A DNA stretch of 53,028 nucleotides from Candidatus Nealsonbacteria bacterium. GTDB taxonomy: Bacteria > Patescibacteriota > Minisyncoccia > Minisyncoccales > RBG-13-42-11. This document shows positions 45,901 to 52,910 of this stretch, one piece after another (within the stretch, counting starts at the first letter, position 1; each line of letters opens with the position of its first letter). The notes under the pieces are model-generated. The model was not told the origin of the DNA and ran no database searches. It saw only the letters and a program-made list of their open reading frames with translations. The DNA lies in assembly GCA_026396115.1 (NCBI GenBank), contig JAPLXL010000006.1:1-53028 (forward strand), read 5' to 3'. The translations under genes and the position numbers were made by a program.

Positions 45901-48900
45901 AATCCATTACTACCAGTGTCTCTGAATACTACAGTTCTGGCTGGACCTATTGGCGGGCTTATCAGACCAGCGGAAACCAGGTTTTGAAAACCGACTATTT
46001 TAATGCTACTTCTGAAGCTGCTGCTGGTATTGATATTTCCGGGAATGTTTATACTGATGAAGGTCAAACTACGACAACCGACACTTCAATAGTTGCTTTG
46101 GCAATCAACAGCACTAAAACAGCTACAACTTCAATATCTAATGGTTCTTATCAATTCACTGGCCGAAGCATAAATTCTTCTGACATAGTTACTGTTTTTT
46201 GGGATACTAACGGAGGGAATAAAGCAGTCACCGTAACTAAAGGAGTCAGCGCCAGTGTTTCTGATTTCCATCTCTATCAAAATAGGGTTATTGTTAGACA
46301 CGAGGGTTCCAGCGCTTTAACCATTGCCAATATGAACTATTACGATAACGGTCAGGATACGGATATTCAATTTACTGCTGCTACCAGTACTCCCAATACT
46401 CTTTCAGTTGACGCCAATGCTATGCTTTATATCTGGCCGACAAAAACATTTGCTCCCGGCGGCAATGTTACTATTGACCCCGGTGGTTCGGGTGACTGGT
46501 GGGATGGCAGTTTAAAGATTACTGCCTCCTCTACTTTTACTGCAACCGGTACCGAATCTCATTCTATCGGCGGTTCTTGGTTTGCTTCTTCAACCGCTAC
46601 CTTTACGGCGGCCAGTTCTACCATTACCTTTACCGCTACCACTACTGGCAAGACAATCACAACGGCCGGCAATTCTTTTTACAATCTGACTTTCAATGGC
46701 GCTAACGGCGGCTGGACTTTCCAAGATAACACTACTTCTACTAATAATTTCACCATTAGCAGTGGTACAGTTACCGGTCTTTCAGCCGGCACTATTGCTG
46801 TTGGCAACAATTGGTTAAATAATGGCGGCACTTTTACTCATAATAATTCTACAGTACGATTTTATGCCACTGATTCCGGCAATACTATAACTTCCGGCGG
46901 TTCATCTTTCTGGAAAGTGCAGTTCAATGGCTCTGGCGGTTATTGGACAATCACTGACCCGATGAGGGTTTCAGCTTCAAATGCCACAGACACTTTGGTT
47001 ATCAAACAAGGAACAGTCCAAATGGGTGATGGTAATGGTGATGATTTGGAGGTTTTAGGGAAATTCATAGTTGGCGACGGAACAGGAAACGCCACTTTTA
47101 CCACTGCCGTCCTTCCTCAGGGTCAATCTCTTACCATTCATATTAATGCTTCAAGTTCTCCTTCTGATTGTTTAAATTGTATTGTTCAGGTTGGAGCTTC
47201 GAGCGGTTCCGGAACTTTTAATTTAAAGAAAAACGCTATCTTAAAATTCAATTCATATAGTTCTGTTCAGTCGGGCTTGGAAGTTGAATCAACCGGCTAT
47301 TTATGGATTGAAGGAGAACAAGCAACAACCAGCGCTGTTTCTTTAATATCAGAAGATACAGCTTCAACCACTATTACTGTTTCAGGAAATCCCTGGAGCG
47401 GAATTGATTTTACCGGAATGCATTTGAGAATCAGCAACACCGCTTCTTCAACCACTGCTTTTGGTAAAATCTATGATGTTTTAGGAAATACCGCTAACAC
47501 CATCAGAATCAATGCCACCACTTCACTTACTGATACGGCCCCTGATGTCCAGAGTGGCACGGCTTGTTCTGGAAATGCAGTTTGCATGATTAATGTTGCC
47601 GAGAATTTAATTGCTACTTCAGGTCAAGCCACCGGTCGCTATTTATACAATATTACCAATACCAAATGGTATCTGATTGCCACCTCAACAGAAGCTGCTA
47701 CTGACACAATTGGCATCATTACCAACTCTCCCGATGACTTCACCACAATGGATGATGGTGATTCTGTCAGAATTGTCGATGGTATTAAAGTAAGTGATAC
47801 TTTCGAAATCTTAGATTACGCCCAAGTTACTGCCCATTCAGACAATCATGGATATATTTATGCCAAAGCAGGTTCTGAAACTTTGATAAGATACGCTGAT
47901 ATTTCTGAGTTGGGAGTTGATGATTCTGCTGGTGAGAATAAACGTTATGGGGTTGTTTTCAGATCAGTTAATGGAGCCAATGCCAACGAAGGAGTAACTG
48001 TTGAGAAATCAAGGATTCATAAAGGATATGATGGTGTATTTCTTTGGGATGCAACCAACAATACAGAGATTTCTAATAACGGGACTTATAATAATGGTGA
48101 TGTTGGTTTCTACCTTTTCTCCACCTCCTCCAACAACACCCTCACCTCTAATAATAGTTATGGGGATACTTACGGCTTTGTTCTTAATATGAACTCCAAT
48201 AACAACAACCTCATTTCCAATAATAATTACGGGAAGAGTTATGGCTTTGTTATCGATATCTCCTCCAACAACAATACCCTCACCTTTAATAATAGTTATG
48301 GGAATAGTAATTATGGTTTTTACCTCTCCTCCACCTCCTCCAACAACACCCTCACCTCTAATAATAGTTATGGGAATCGTTATGGCTTCTACCTCTGGTC
48401 CTCCTCCAACAATACCCTCACCTTTAATAATAGTTATGGGAATAGTGCTGATGGTTTTCGCCTCGACTTATCCTCCAACAACACCCTCACCTCTAATTAT
48501 GGTTATGGGAATCGTTATGGCTTCAACCTTTATGATTCCTCCAACAACAATACCCTCACCTTTAATAATAGTTATGGGAATAGTACTGGTGGCTTCCGTC
48601 TCTACTCCTCCTCCAACAACACCCTCACCTCCAATAATAGTTATGGGAATAGTAATTTTGGTGGCTTCTACCTCCAGTCCTCCTCCAACAACAACACCCT
48701 CACCTCTAATAATAATTATGGTAATTTGGCTGGTTTATATATCTTTCGTTCTACCGGCACTATCATAGTTAACGATAATTATGCAACAAACACTATTGCC
48801 GATATCTATTTTAATGAATCTGTTTCTGGTTCAACCATTCGCTGTTATTCCTGCAATTTAGCTTCTCCAACCTCAACAATTGGTATAAATTACGACGGTG

Positions 48901-51698
48901 CCTATTTCGCTTCTTTCAAACACAATGGTATATCCACTTCAACCAAAATCTGGGGAGAATACACAATTCCTGACAATGACCCAGAAACTCCTCAAAATGA
49001 AGCAATAAATAAATTCAACTACGCCAACAATCTCTGGGAAGATTCCATTGCCAGAGTTAATTTCTATGATGACGGAGCTACGACAACAAAAGATACCGAT
49101 CTAGAATTCAGTTTCGGTGGAGGATATGGCACATCTTCCTCTGCATACAGAGTAGTATTTAGTACTTCCACTAACTACTGGACGGTATACAGAAATGAAG
49201 TGAATATAGGCACCACTACCTTTGCATCCGCATTCACAGATTCATACAATCTGTCCTTCAAGATTGGAGGCTCTGGCTACACCACGAACGACACCTACAC
49301 CTTCGTCGCTTTCAAAAAATCTAATAACCAAGATTACCAAAAGTTCCTGACCATAATGCAAGACGGAGATAAATTCACCGTCGCTTCAGGAACGGTATTA
49401 GAAATAAAGGGCGGTGGCCAAAATTCGTCTGACATTACTAAGGTAGGATATAATCCCGGCAGTGGTTTTTGGAGCTTCTATAACCAAACCATTTCTGAGT
49501 TAATCTTTCAGGAAGCTGAAATAAATTCAGTCCAATTTGCCACCGGCACGGTTACGGTTCTGAATACGATTTTGAATAATGAAAGCGTGACTTCTACTGC
49601 CATTTTAAATTCCGATTGGTATTTGGGAGGCCATGTAGTTGATGCTAATTCTACTTCTACCAATATTGCCAATGCCACGACAACTATTTCTGAAAACAGT
49701 ACTACTTCCCAATCCACTATCTGGGAATGGTCAGGCAGCGGCTGGGGAACTGCTTCAACCAGCCAGACAATTCTAACTAATGCTTCCGGAATCATTCCTC
49801 AACCTGGCACAAACGGCGCCATAAGGATTAGAGAGTATTCTATAACCAGCGGTGGCGGAGGAGGCAGTGATGTAACAAGTACTGTAGCTACTTCAAGTAA
49901 TGCCGATGCTTCTGCTTATGCCTTTCAGCGAAAGACATGGTATGACGGAAGCCGTTTTTGGACAGCTTTTTATAGAAACTCACAAATTCAGTTCTGGTAT
50001 TCCTCCGATGGTTCATCTTGGAATCAAAATGCTTCAGCCACTATTACCGAGGCGGGTGAGTCTAGTGTTCTTTCTTCTGACTTTTCCATTGAGGCCGATT
50101 CTTCCAATGTGTTTATTCTTTATAAAGTGCAAAGTATATGGTCAGCTCGTATAAGGAATGCTTCTACAACGACTTTATATCCTGGCACAGAATTTTCTTG
50201 GGGATCAGCTACTACAGTCTTTTCAGCAGGTCCAAACTCTCCTTATAATTATCTATCTATAGACAGAGATACAAATAACAAGATTCGAGTAATTGCAAGA
50301 CAAGAAGATGTTGGACCTCAATATTATATTAGATCTAAACTATCTATTAATCCTAATAATATCTCAGGTTGGGGATCAGAGGAGACAATCGATAGTGCTA
50401 GTGGTAATAGTAATAAGTACGGTACAGTAGTGCCTTTGACCAATGGCGATATGTATGCTGTTTGGATTGACGGGACAACAATTGAGGGTAAAAAATATGC
50501 CACTGGAACAGGTTGGACTGCTACGACCACTATTGACACCGGAACTTCAGGATTTGGATATAATATGCAGATGGTTAGTAGCACTTCTAGCGATGAAGCT
50601 TATCTCACTTACATTAATTCCAGCAATAATGTAGTCTTCTGGAAGTATGTTGATGCCAGTGGCTGGCAGGCATCAACTACCTTGGATTCAAACGCAACTT
50701 GCACTTACCCGACAATTAGTATTGATACGGCAAACTCTAATAATCTATATGTTTTTTGGGTTCGCGATAACACGATTTATTACAAAAAAGGTGTTTCTCC
50801 TTATGGTGCTTCAGATTGGGATTCTACCTCAACTGCTCTGGTAACAACCGGCACTAACAAATGGCTTTCCAGTGGCTATCAAGGTGGTAACAATTATATT
50901 TTCTTTGAGTGGACCGAAGGAACAGCTTCTCCCTATAATGTTAAATTTTATGGGTTAAGTACTGTAGAAGAAGGCGGAGCTACCTATTACAAATATAATT
51001 TACAGATTTCGGCTGCCGGCTTCAGCAGCTACAATTATTGGACTGATTTTGGCAATCAGTATATTACTTCGGTTTCAAGCACGGAATCAACCAGCACTGT
51101 CGACAAATGCATTTCAGAAAATTGGAGGAGGTATGATATTGATGTTAATAATACTCCGGAACCCACTATCAACTACCCTCCAACTAATGGCACCTGGTAT
51201 GCCGGTATGTCTTCAGATTTGGAATTCGGCGTTGATAAGACAACTGTTGATTTGGGTATTTTAAGCGATATAAACTATCTTACTGCTACCGGTACCACAA
51301 TATTATATGTCACTACTACTGCCTCCAATGGCTATTTGATTACTGCCTATGCTGGTAATGATGGAGCAATGACCACCTCTACTTATTCGATTCCGAGATT
51401 GAATGTCAACAATACTACTCCTACTTCTTGGACAAGTACTTGCTGGCAAGGCGATTACTGTGGTTTTGGTTATACAACCGATGATAACAATCTCGCTGGC
51501 GGAACCGCCGATCGTTTTGCAACCTCTACCAAATACGCTGGATTTACCAGTTCCACCGAAGAAGTAGCCGATAGGCCTGGTGGCAGTTGGTATGGTGCGC
51601 AAAATAAAATTACCTACAAGGTTTCTGCTTCTCCAACTCAGAAACCAGCAAAAGATTATACCGCCACCATTCATTACATATGTACCGCAAACTATTAA
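36966..51698 (+). CDS. giant (4910 aa) membrane-anchored surface protein: two N-terminal HTH modules, one TM helix, acidic and Thr-rich linkers, Ig/jelly-roll-like modules, 14 FG-GAP repeats, parallel beta-helix repeats, a beta-propeller-like region and a C-terminal beta-sandwich-like module
   Basis: Single uninterrupted 14,733-nt frame. The domain motifs were read from the translation (see the repeat features and findings). Confidence 0.9.
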   Translation: MDIIRRKANTEYIVLQKAASKTGYVSDYIGWLIRTGKVKGKKVYTQTSLQVEREELIKYCQKQKNLVFRDFSVFKKEYLSLKEAAEISGYASDYIGWLIRTGKVKGKKVYTGISWQTTEEAIRDYQERKKRKKIFFNFPSYIKLIHLVPESGNKVFGFGWRLSLTALIIFFLVSGFAPIKFLHSSLISAITAGETKTINYYPAVSSGDWQNPENVQALPEVGSSGDINSFNENNSAVYKTGPLALIIEGFVVEEELGGKEPIIIEEEKDEVEKDEVEEVDEVKEVEETEELEVIPEEVQENETLETEEEIFNPELQTSLFETFKRFFGFKAYAQENTFSAKIKLSFAIGEKESDIQIIENQEIEPVPSDSEPTGLWNKTKNFFSILDNKISQIVESLKIKNFLVVKADEGQAENGSLPAEEMLSHLDSRIIIWWSLDGQDWQQLVTISDYPLSNFLNGGYFEYEAPFLKDFEDVKNLKIKFEGVVGSETNIVAYLDSVWVEVEYKEEKEEEEFELIAIKKDWQANETPTFEILAKGEKKTENIIEKLAGQVSSFFIEKPEIKVKADIAFPQGEIRSLKEDKDFKAETHSPTKITIFRPEEFSPGRYNLKIEFEKNGKIHILEQDFTWGVLVINVNKSIYLPQEKAYLQMAVLDEEGRTICGADLTLEITASDGTKTTFKTEGQQETTSTLEATTTEATTTEATSTEEVLEEATSTSLEATTTEATTTEITIIEATTTEATSTELTTTTEESATTSISEIATTTYTENGSLKSETSTSEIQESESTPEITTSITSFWNKIKNPFAILKAKAADNSSVGVIERSPECGPSSVTYTPDYYTYYNVEGPGVYQLNLTATTKNGTRSITDSFEVRESVPFDVERIGPTRIFPPATYEMILRIKANQDFKGEVVETVPTSFEIINPPIDTNIKLNDTNKEIIWDVNWKAGESYELKYQFDALDISPYIYLLGPLTFEENENLLNKLKEIITETDASVVFSEARQWQIAADASGRRVKTVEFFAGQYKGSATNQNENAVLSFSSPATSTINIPESNIDIKNAYVQLEAQIGATTARTYYGIIIYFDSCVSPCTPSPAAFLTNQGTNIIGTNSGESRYVQSLANVTSEGTLDTFTGGTLTAQVQYCFSTSTSGGCTGTAAANIQAAHAKLVVTYEYDATSTTGVNTVIYPLMSTSTVDSGSKMAEQAVCTMDSNCPKFDFNVDAPEAQTTVSQWFEIQQHAEKTTSGTADLSVTPQIDGFTSGSVHYSEDALNRNSGWKRWFVNNLAGFATSTAKKFEYGIAGNYWTATLMGGEVYYTYTYSYSAPTKTRTVVYPVGIICGTACTSKSSLTGPTVYFGESGVTVKSAYFRIRTSHGGSTTNGTIRVTTKVGDNTESGDYDYAMGAGTYPVSENGYFIHVIPSSDYAKLASGEQAAQMTAYWAATAGGGISAELVVTYTYTGEDSGYLVYQSLFSGQKTGTMLADATQYSTGQNVTTTMPETTGTKTIRGASMEMSLNLTDDDTTIEADPDISTNLGTTTCTAQTGPAEMLIDKYGATYGEVENMGMFKDVTSVVGNSNATYTACAVLDDPSGAPADVYAGNHAMVLRIVYQWQAPQAPIPILNQNHYRWRNNSTALNTDGGWLAATDTAYTSLQKATTTRLRVEIANTGTAAATGTQYQLEYAGKVGVSCGDDETFSAVPTTTASAHFVMATSTQYSDNATITTFFLTPTGTSTDGKGVTYPSNKTAVFDLTDGYYTEFEYAIQATTNAISGQAYCFRLTNNGATTTFTYDIHPEVQIYISPPNITQRAYIFRSDDGGRGYGGTDMSNANTTSTEVKKGQRMIARIQVDNTGVTSTDVYKLQYDKNDNNWTDVRRQGEIHYNRSYLGRDEDAIPYPAAGSCTGGTTWIDGEFYENRNRTDAFVLGPNKCTEFGFLIDTSSSTVDTTYRLRLINLTASSTLDTYIYYPSFTIVSSSNDTQRYSKSLQINEPLTIGQLKYLLDKQGYSNANVDDSARDILNNVIMDTPTSTYNVYLEYASTDDANFGRSVSSGDVNGDGYDDLVVGAQISDLKATAAGAAFIYYGGPSMSTTSTYDVYLEYLSTDTDAYFGNSVDATGDVNKDGYNDIIVGAYSSNIKTTDVGAAFIYYGSSTMPTTSTYGVYLEYPGTDASGFGYAVSSAGDVNGDGYDDVIVGAYLSGAKQASGGAAYIYYGSSAMLTTSTNNVYIAYPGTDGGRFGRSVSSAGDVNSDGYDDVIIGAYYSNIKASLVGAAYILRGSSSLTSTENPDVYLQYPGADTGVMLGWSVSSAGDVNGDGYDDVIVGAYSCDFKVANAGAAFIYYGGSSMSPTSSYNVYLEYPGTDDAFSGNSVSSADVNGDGYSDLIVGAYLSDLKLSAGGATFIYYGYSSMPTTSTYDVYLEYPGSDISADSGYDVFSGDINGDGYPDVISGAFISDINATDAGAAFIYWGGRNMDTTSTYEHYLQYAGTNSAYLGGSVSSAGDVNGDGYDDVVVGAYQCNFKAIGAGAAFIYYGGPSMSTTSTYNVYLEYASTDDAYLGRSVSSAGDVNGDGYDDVVVGAWGSDIKAADVGAAFIYYGGPSMLTTSTYDVYLEYASTDTNANFGNFVSSAGDVNGDGYADVVVGAYRSNLKATDAGAAFIYYGGPSMSTTSTYNVYLQYASTDVAYFGHSVSSAGDVNGDGYNDVVVGADYSDLKASNAGAAFIYYGGPSMSTTSTYNVYLQYASTDDAYFGQSVSSAGDVNGDGYADVVVGAQYSDLKFSNAGAAFIYYGGPSMLTTSTYNVYLEYASTDVADFGYSVSSAGDVNGDGYDDVVVGAEISDLKAADAGAAFIYYGGSSMSTTSTYNVYLEYASTDDGRLGQSVSSAGDVNGDGYDDVVVGAFWSDLKAANAGAAFLYMGAKSISSPYFYFAEKVSGTPSNIDATWNGQSSINASTKNLKLDVYRFGTTQWENATTNSSCATNTDCTLSKSITTSVSEYYSSGWTYWRAYQTSGNQVLKTDYFNATSEAAAGIDISGNVYTDEGQTTTTDTSIVALAINSTKTATTSISNGSYQFTGRSINSSDIVTVFWDTNGGNKAVTVTKGVSASVSDFHLYQNRVIVRHEGSSALTIANMNYYDNGQDTDIQFTAATSTPNTLSVDANAMLYIWPTKTFAPGGNVTIDPGGSGDWWDGSLKITASSTFTATGTESHSIGGSWFASSTATFTAASSTITFTATTTGKTITTAGNSFYNLTFNGANGGWTFQDNTTSTNNFTISSGTVTGLSAGTIAVGNNWLNNGGTFTHNNSTVRFYATDSGNTITSGGSSFWKVQFNGSGGYWTITDPMRVSASNATDTLVIKQGTVQMGDGNGDDLEVLGKFIVGDGTGNATFTTAVLPQGQSLTIHINASSSPSDCLNCIVQVGASSGSGTFNLKKNAILKFNSYSSVQSGLEVESTGYLWIEGEQATTSAVSLISEDTASTTITVSGNPWSGIDFTGMHLRISNTASSTTAFGKIYDVLGNTANTIRINATTSLTDTAPDVQSGTACSGNAVCMINVAENLIATSGQATGRYLYNITNTKWYLIATSTEAATDTIGIITNSPDDFTTMDDGDSVRIVDGIKVSDTFEILDYAQVTAHSDNHGYIYAKAGSETLIRYADISELGVDDSAGENKRYGVVFRSVNGANANEGVTVEKSRIHKGYDGVFLWDATNNTEISNNGTYNNGDVGFYLFSTSSNNTLTSNNSYGDTYGFVLNMNSNNNNLISNNNYGKSYGFVIDISSNNNTLTFNNSYGNSNYGFYLSSTSSNNTLTSNNSYGNRYGFYLWSSSNNTLTFNNSYGNSADGFRLDLSSNNTLTSNYGYGNRYGFNLYDSSNNNTLTFNNSYGNSTGGFRLYSSSNNTLTSNNSYGNSNFGGFYLQSSSNNNTLTSNNNYGNLAGLYIFRSTGTIIVNDNYATNTIADIYFNESVSGSTIRCYSCNLASPTSTIGINYDGAYFASFKHNGISTSTKIWGEYTIPDNDPETPQNEAINKFNYANNLWEDSIARVNFYDDGATTTKDTDLEFSFGGGYGTSSSAYRVVFSTSTNYWTVYRNEVNIGTTTFASAFTDSYNLSFKIGGSGYTTNDTYTFVAFKKSNNQDYQKFLTIMQDGDKFTVASGTVLEIKGGGQNSSDITKVGYNPGSGFWSFYNQTISELIFQEAEINSVQFATGTVTVLNTILNNESVTSTAILNSDWYLGGHVVDANSTSTNIANATTTISENSTTSQSTIWEWSGSGWGTASTSQTILTNASGIIPQPGTNGAIRIREYSITSGGGGGSDVTSTVATSSNADASAYAFQRKTWYDGSRFWTAFYRNSQIQFWYSSDGSSWNQNASATITEAGESSVLSSDFSIEADSSNVFILYKVQSIWSARIRNASTTTLYPGTEFSWGSATTVFSAGPNSPYNYLSIDRDTNNKIRVIARQEDVGPQYYIRSKLSINPNNISGWGSEETIDSASGNSNKYGTVVPLTNGDMYAVWIDGTTIEGKKYATGTGWTATTTIDTGTSGFGYNMQMVSSTSSDEAYLTYINSSNNVVFWKYVDASGWQASTTLDSNATCTYPTISIDTANSNNLYVFWVRDNTIYYKKGVSPYGASDWDSTSTALVTTGTNKWLSSGYQGGNNYIFFEWTEGTASPYNVKFYGLSTVEEGGATYYKYNLQISAAGFSSYNYWTDFGNQYITSVSSTESTSTVDKCISENWRRYDIDVNNTPEPTINYPPTNGTWYAGMSSDLEFGVDKTTVDLGILSDINYLTATGTTILYVTTTASNGYLITAYAGNDGAMTTSTYSIPRLNVNNTTPTSWTSTCWQGDYCGFGYTTDDNNLAGGTADRFATSTKYAGFTSSTEEVADRPGGSWYGAQNKITYKVSASPTQKPAKDYTATIHYICTANY
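37044..37294 (+). repeat. internal 198-nt-offset duplication encoding the two HTH modules
   Basis: 37044-37096 and 37242-37294 are identical over 53 nt (GATTATATTGGCTGGCTTATTAGAACCGGAAAAGTTAAAGGAAAAAAAGTTTA). Confidence 0.9.
39016..39345 (+). repeat. Thr/Glu/Ala-rich low-complexity linker (TTTEATTTEATSTE...)
   Basis: Degenerate ACT/ACC/GAA/GCC codon repeats. Translation: ETTSTLEATTTEATTTEATSTEEVLEEATSTSLEATTTEATTTE... Confidence 0.85.
43018..45705 (+). repeat. 14 tandem 192-bp (64-aa) FG-GAP repeats
   Basis: The unit TSTYNVYLEYASTDDAYFGxSVSSAGDVNGDGYDDVVVGAxxSDLKAxxAGAAFIYYGGPSMS occurs 14 times. CAGCCGGCGA recurs at 44821, 45013 and 45205. The last 7-8 units are near-identical in DNA. Confidence 0.9.
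48057..48760 (+). repeat. about 10 tandem repeats of 22-25 aa of parallel beta-helix (PbH1/NosD-like) type
   Basis: NNTLT[SF]NNSYGNxxGFxLxSSS repeated, at a period of about 69 bp. Confidence 0.8.
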
Positions 51699-52768
51699 TC
51701 ATTTTTACTTTGTTGATATTTTTTCCTTTCTTGGTCAGTGCTCAGATATCACCTCGGTTAGCAGTTAGTCCTCATACTTTTGAATTGGATATTTTTCCAG
51801 GAGAAACTATTACTAAGAAAATCAAACTTACTAACAAAAGCCAAGTGGCTTTGCCAATTTTAGCTCGGACCACTGATTTTACTGCTTCTGATGAGGAAGG
51901 AGGAATGGCTTTTGACGAGCTTTCCCAAGATATTTCTTTTGCTTCCAGAAAATGGATTAAAATTGAAAATCCAAATTTCATTTTGAATCCGGGAGAAACA
52001 AGGGAAGTTTATTTTACAATTCAGGTTCCGGAAAATGCCGAGCCGGGCGGCCATTATGCTGTGATGCTTTTTGAGCCTCAGCTGCCATCTTTCTATTTTG
52101 AGGAAAATAAGCCCCGGGTTATTCCGGTAATTGGGGTTTTGTTTTTAATTTCAATAAAAACTTTTGCCTTAGAGCCGGAGGTCGAACAAAAATTAGAAGT
52201 GGTTGAATTTTCTCTGCCAAAAGAAGAGAGAATTTTAGTTTTAGAAAATCTTTTTTCTAAAACTCTAGGATTTATTGCTCAGGCAGCCGAATTTATCATC
52301 AGCGAAAAGTCGCCTTCAAAATTTATTTTGAGAATCAAAAATAACGACATTTATCACATTAAACCTTACGGCAAAATTTCAATTTATAATATCTTTGGCA
52401 AGAAAGTAGGGGAGACGGAGGTTTTGCAAAAAACAATTTTGCCGGGAAAAACTCGGGCTTTTCCGGTTGAGTTTTCGCCGGAGATTCCGGAAAAATTGAA
52501 ATGGCTGCCATCATTCATTTCTGATTTTTTACTTCAGAATTTTTTTGTTGGAAAATATCAGGCAAAACTTGAGTTGGAAGCAAAAACCCCTTTGAGTGCC
52601 GAGATTTTCAAACCCTCCGCCCCTTTTATTTTAAATTTTTTTTCTCTGCCCTGGCATTTCTGGCTGCCATTTTTATTGATACTTGCTTTGTTTTTTTTCT
52701 TTAGTGTAAGATATAGAAAAAGGATTAGATTGGCAATCAAAATTTTAGTCAGCCGGAAATCAGCATAA
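51680..52768 (+). CDS. DUF916-like cell-surface protein with signal peptide and C-terminal TM anchor; overlaps the giant gene by 19 nt
   Basis: Signal peptide MYRKLLIIFTLLIFFPFLVSAQ, beta-rich core (LAVSPHTFELDIFPGETITKKIKLTN...PGGHYAVMLFEP), and C-terminal WHFWLPFLLILALFFFFSV followed by RYRKRIR. Confidence 0.65.
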   Translation: MYRKLLIIFTLLIFFPFLVSAQISPRLAVSPHTFELDIFPGETITKKIKLTNKSQVALPILARTTDFTASDEEGGMAFDELSQDISFASRKWIKIENPNFILNPGETREVYFTIQVPENAEPGGHYAVMLFEPQLPSFYFEENKPRVIPVIGVLFLISIKTFALEPEVEQKLEVVEFSLPKEERILVLENLFSKTLGFIAQAAEFIISEKSPSKFILRIKNNDIYHIKPYGKISIYNIFGKKVGETEVLQKTILPGKTRAFPVEFSPEIPEKLKWLPSFISDFLLQNFFVGKYQAKLELEAKTPLSAEIFKPSAPFILNFFSLPWHFWLPFLLILALFFFFSVRYRKRIRLAIKILVSRKSA

Positions 52769-52793
52769 ATCAGCAAAATCAGCATCAATCAGC
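52758..52793 (+). repeat. four direct AATCAGC repeats at 10/9/10-bp spacing
   Basis: AATCAGC at 52758, 52768, 52777 and 52787. The array spans the stop codon of the DUF916-like gene. Confidence 0.8.
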
Positions 52794-52802
52794 GTTCAGA
52801 AG

Positions 52803-52840
52803 TTATCCACAGTTTTATTTGACAAGATTTTTGGTATAAT
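52803..52840 (+). promoter_or_regulatory. perfect TTATCCACA box plus TTGACA and TGGTATAAT upstream of the last gene
   Basis: TTATCCACA 52803-52811, TTGACA 52819-52824, extended -10 TGGTATAAT 52832-52840. The TTGACA to -10 spacing is only 10 nt, so the hexamer pairing is uncertain. Confidence 0.45.
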
Positions 52841-52910
52841 AAAAAAATCTATCTGGGATGTCGACAGATGTTTAAATTTTAATATTGAAAATTAAAAAAG
52901 AATAGAAGAA

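Noticed and set aside
48001-48768. Alternative-frame ORFs (63 and 175 aa) in the beta-helix repeat block
   Set aside because: Same artefact: off-frame translation of a tandem repeat within the 4910-aa frame.
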